Below, piece after piece: positions 61,961-64,000 of a stretch of 64,000 bases of DNA. The DNA comes from Microcoleus sp. (lineage in GTDB: Bacteria; Cyanobacteriota; Cyanobacteriia; Cyanobacteriales; Microcoleaceae). The notes below the pieces were generated by a model. The model made no database searches. It saw only the letters and a list, made by a program, of their open reading frames with translations, and was not told the DNA's origin. Location: positions 3,776,001-3,840,000 of the forward strand of contig CP181291.1 in the NCBI GenBank assembly GCA_052279835.1. The letters run 5' to 3'. The position numbers were made by a program, and so were the translations under genes. Within the stretch, counting starts at the first letter, position 1; each line of letters begins with the position of its first letter.

Positions 61961-62256
61961 AAATCAAAAAACAGAAATTTAGCTAGAATTTGGCTAACAG
62001 GAGTATTGTATCGTGACAGTGTGCGATCGGGCAAGTAAACATTTCATAAAAGTCTGAAAAGACCGCCAAGCCAATAGCATGATAGTTAATTTACAATAAA
62101 AGCTGATCGCAGGACAAGAACTGAGGTAAGGTGTAGAGATGAGTTGGAATGCAGCTCAAAAACAACCGATCCAAATCGTCCACCAATAGAAATACTGGTC
62201 ACAGACTATTATCAAGCACAGCACCTCGGCCATGACAGGAGTCAAATCGCAGTGTC

Positions 62257-62931
62257 ATGTTTATTCTGAAACGGCAGGATGTTGAAATCACCAATTTTCA
62301 ACACCCAAAACGGGATCAGCAAATCCCTATTCTCAATTATCAGGGGCAGACGTTCCGCCTAATCAGCGCTTTCAACGGCAAACAAGCTGAAGACGCTAGA
62401 GCCTTGTGGCGGGACTTAACCGACAACAAAGGCAAAGCCTGCGTTCTGCTGGAAGAGCCGGATAGATATAGCGTCTGGGGAAAAGTTCGTCTAGACCAGC
62501 TTGTCGCTGAAGAAGCGACAGGTAATGACGCAGCAAAACCACCCCTGTTCGCACAGGGTTGTTTACTGCTTCTCCAAGCTGTTTACTTTGATGTAGAAGA
62601 CCTCCTAGGGGCAAGGCAAGCCACATCGTTTCAGAAAGATATCGCCAAGGTATTTCAACAGGGAAACTTCCCCCAGGCAGACTCCCCTGATGCGATCAAA
62701 AATTGGCTCACCGTTAGCCCCTTAAAAGGTCTGAAGCTACCCCCTTGGCAAGAGCAGCATCTTAAGACATTGTTACAAGAGCTGCACCGCTTGGGGAAAT
62801 CATATTTTGGCAATACCGACTTTGCTGAGGGAGTGAGCGACGTGCTGGAAGATATGCCAACACAGGAGCGCAATCAGTTTATCGATTGGCTCAAAAAATC
62901 CGCCCTCAACAAATTGTGGATCGCAGGCTAA
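62257..62931 (+). CDS. Conserved cyanobacterial protein (Npun_F0813-like)
   Basis: MFILKRQDVEI...QIPILNYQGQTFRL...WRDLTDNKGKACVLLEEPDRYSVW. Confidence 0.8.
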   Translation: MFILKRQDVEITNFQHPKRDQQIPILNYQGQTFRLISAFNGKQAEDARALWRDLTDNKGKACVLLEEPDRYSVWGKVRLDQLVAEEATGNDAAKPPLFAQGCLLLLQAVYFDVEDLLGARQATSFQKDIAKVFQQGNFPQADSPDAIKNWLTVSPLKGLKLPPWQEQHLKTLLQELHRLGKSYFGNTDFAEGVSDVLEDMPTQERNQFIDWLKKSALNKLWIAG

Positions 62932-63320
62932 AAATTTTAGACAATTGCTTAGACAATTGGGAAATACTGAAGACCGGGATCTAAATGCGGCAAAGAATAT
63001 CGAAGGATGGTTTGCGGGAATTTTGATTCCGATTCCTTCGGAGCGAACGGCAAGCTCTGCCGAGATTGCTTGTGGAGTAGACTAAATTCTCTTGAGTCAT
63101 CTGGAGACTACGAAGCAAGAAGTAAACAGCAAGCCTGTTCAGTTAACCCTGTTAAGGATTTGCATAGGTTTTACAGAGCAGCTCAGACAATTGCAGTGTA
63201 GGCGGTACGCGATATGTAGTTGGGATTGCCAACTGGTATTTGCGACCAAATTGTTAATTCGGTTTGGCCACCACCTACTTTCTGGCAATTGAACTGCTAG
63301 TTAGGTCTTTTGGAATCCCT

Positions 63321-64000
63321 ATGAGTAGCACTTCAGAAAAGTCATCTACATCTGCATCTTTATTGTCAGCTCAGACCCTAGTCATTATAGGCATTGTCTG
63401 GGCTGTGATGGCGCTGCTGTTTTTTTTACTGTTCAGCGTTCCCCTCTCCCAAGAAGAGGGCTTGCCTCTTTGGTACTCGATCGGCACTTATGTTTTTGAA
63501 TGCGGGGCCTACCTCGGAGCAGCCATAGTTTGTTTTAGAAACTGGAAAAGTCCTCACATGGCTAGCGGACGCAACGTCTGGCTGGGCATTGGTTTGGGGA
63601 TGCTGTTCTACTTTATCGCCGGCGTGCTATTTGGCATTTGGGAGCTTTATTTTGAGGTCAGCCCGGATGTGTCCCCAGCAGATGCCTTCTATCTAGGCAG
63701 CTACGTGGTACTGATTGGCGGGATGGTGATAGCTGTTACCTCCAAACGGCTGAATCTAGAAATTTGGCAATGGGGTTTGTTATCGGCAATAGCTGCCTTG
63801 GGTATTGTGATAGCTATCTGGGTGGCAGCACCTGACTCTTGGAGAGCACAGCTAGGACTCGCACCAGCATCGACTCAGGAAGTAGTGACAGAAACTGCAC
63901 CTGACTCAACTAAGTCAACAGCGAAAGCTCCTGCTTTGAAAAACTCGTCTACGTCACAGGCTAAAGGAGCGACATCCTCTGTGGCTAAGTCGGCACCAGA
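63321..64000 (+). CDS. Conserved membrane protein (3'-truncated by window edge)
   Basis: Open frame from ATG 63321: MSSTSEKS...CFRNWKSPHMASGRNVWLGIG...SPADAFY, with several TM helices; absent from the ORF track because it has no stop in the window. Confidence 0.8.
   Translation, partial: MSSTSEKSSTSASLLSAQTLVIIGIVWAVMALLFFLLFSVPLSQEEGLPLWYSIGTYVFECGAYLGAAIVCFRNWKSPHMASGRNVWLGIGLGMLFYFIAGVLFGIWELYFEVSPDVSPADAFYLGSYVVLIGGMVIAVTSKRLNLEIWQWGLLSAIAALGIVIAIWVAAPDSWRAQLGLAPASTQEVVTETAPDSTKSTAKAPALKNSSTSQAKGATSSVAKSAP

Noticed and set aside
63007..63292. Two short ORFs before the last membrane gene
   Set aside because: Overlapping, motif-free and in a probable promoter region.

Overview
Chromosomal window from a filamentous cyanobacterium. 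Abundant HIP1 (GCGATCGC) sites, heptameric STRR arrays and the gene content point to a Microcoleus/Oscillatoriales-type genome (inference). It opens with the 3' part of a DGR-type reverse transcriptase. It then carries housekeeping genes (CPA2 antiporter, hfq, dapF, aminotransferase, aspA-like, holB, tmk, Cu-ATPase, C-terminal protease, xth, CBS-CP12, glpX, hemA), a probable orphan toxin-immunity pair, and a ~18.5-kb Wzx/Wzy exopolysaccharide locus. The main accessory feature is an 8,008-bp integrative element in tRNA-Arg(UCU), bounded by exact 76-bp direct repeats (53849-53924 and 61857-61932). It encodes a tyrosine integrase, a four-gene membrane/coiled-coil operon, a P4-like primase-helicase containing a 138-bp palindrome, and a small DNA-binding gene that ends in a candidate -1 frameshift signal (G GGA AAA plus a 12-bp stem). 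The element carries at least 18 copies of TGTAGACA and arm-type TGCACAACAA repeats at both ends, but no capsid, relaxase or T4SS genes. Four conserved genes have single-base frameshifts at short homopolymers, probably assembly errors. All product calls come from motif recognition by eye; no database search was run.
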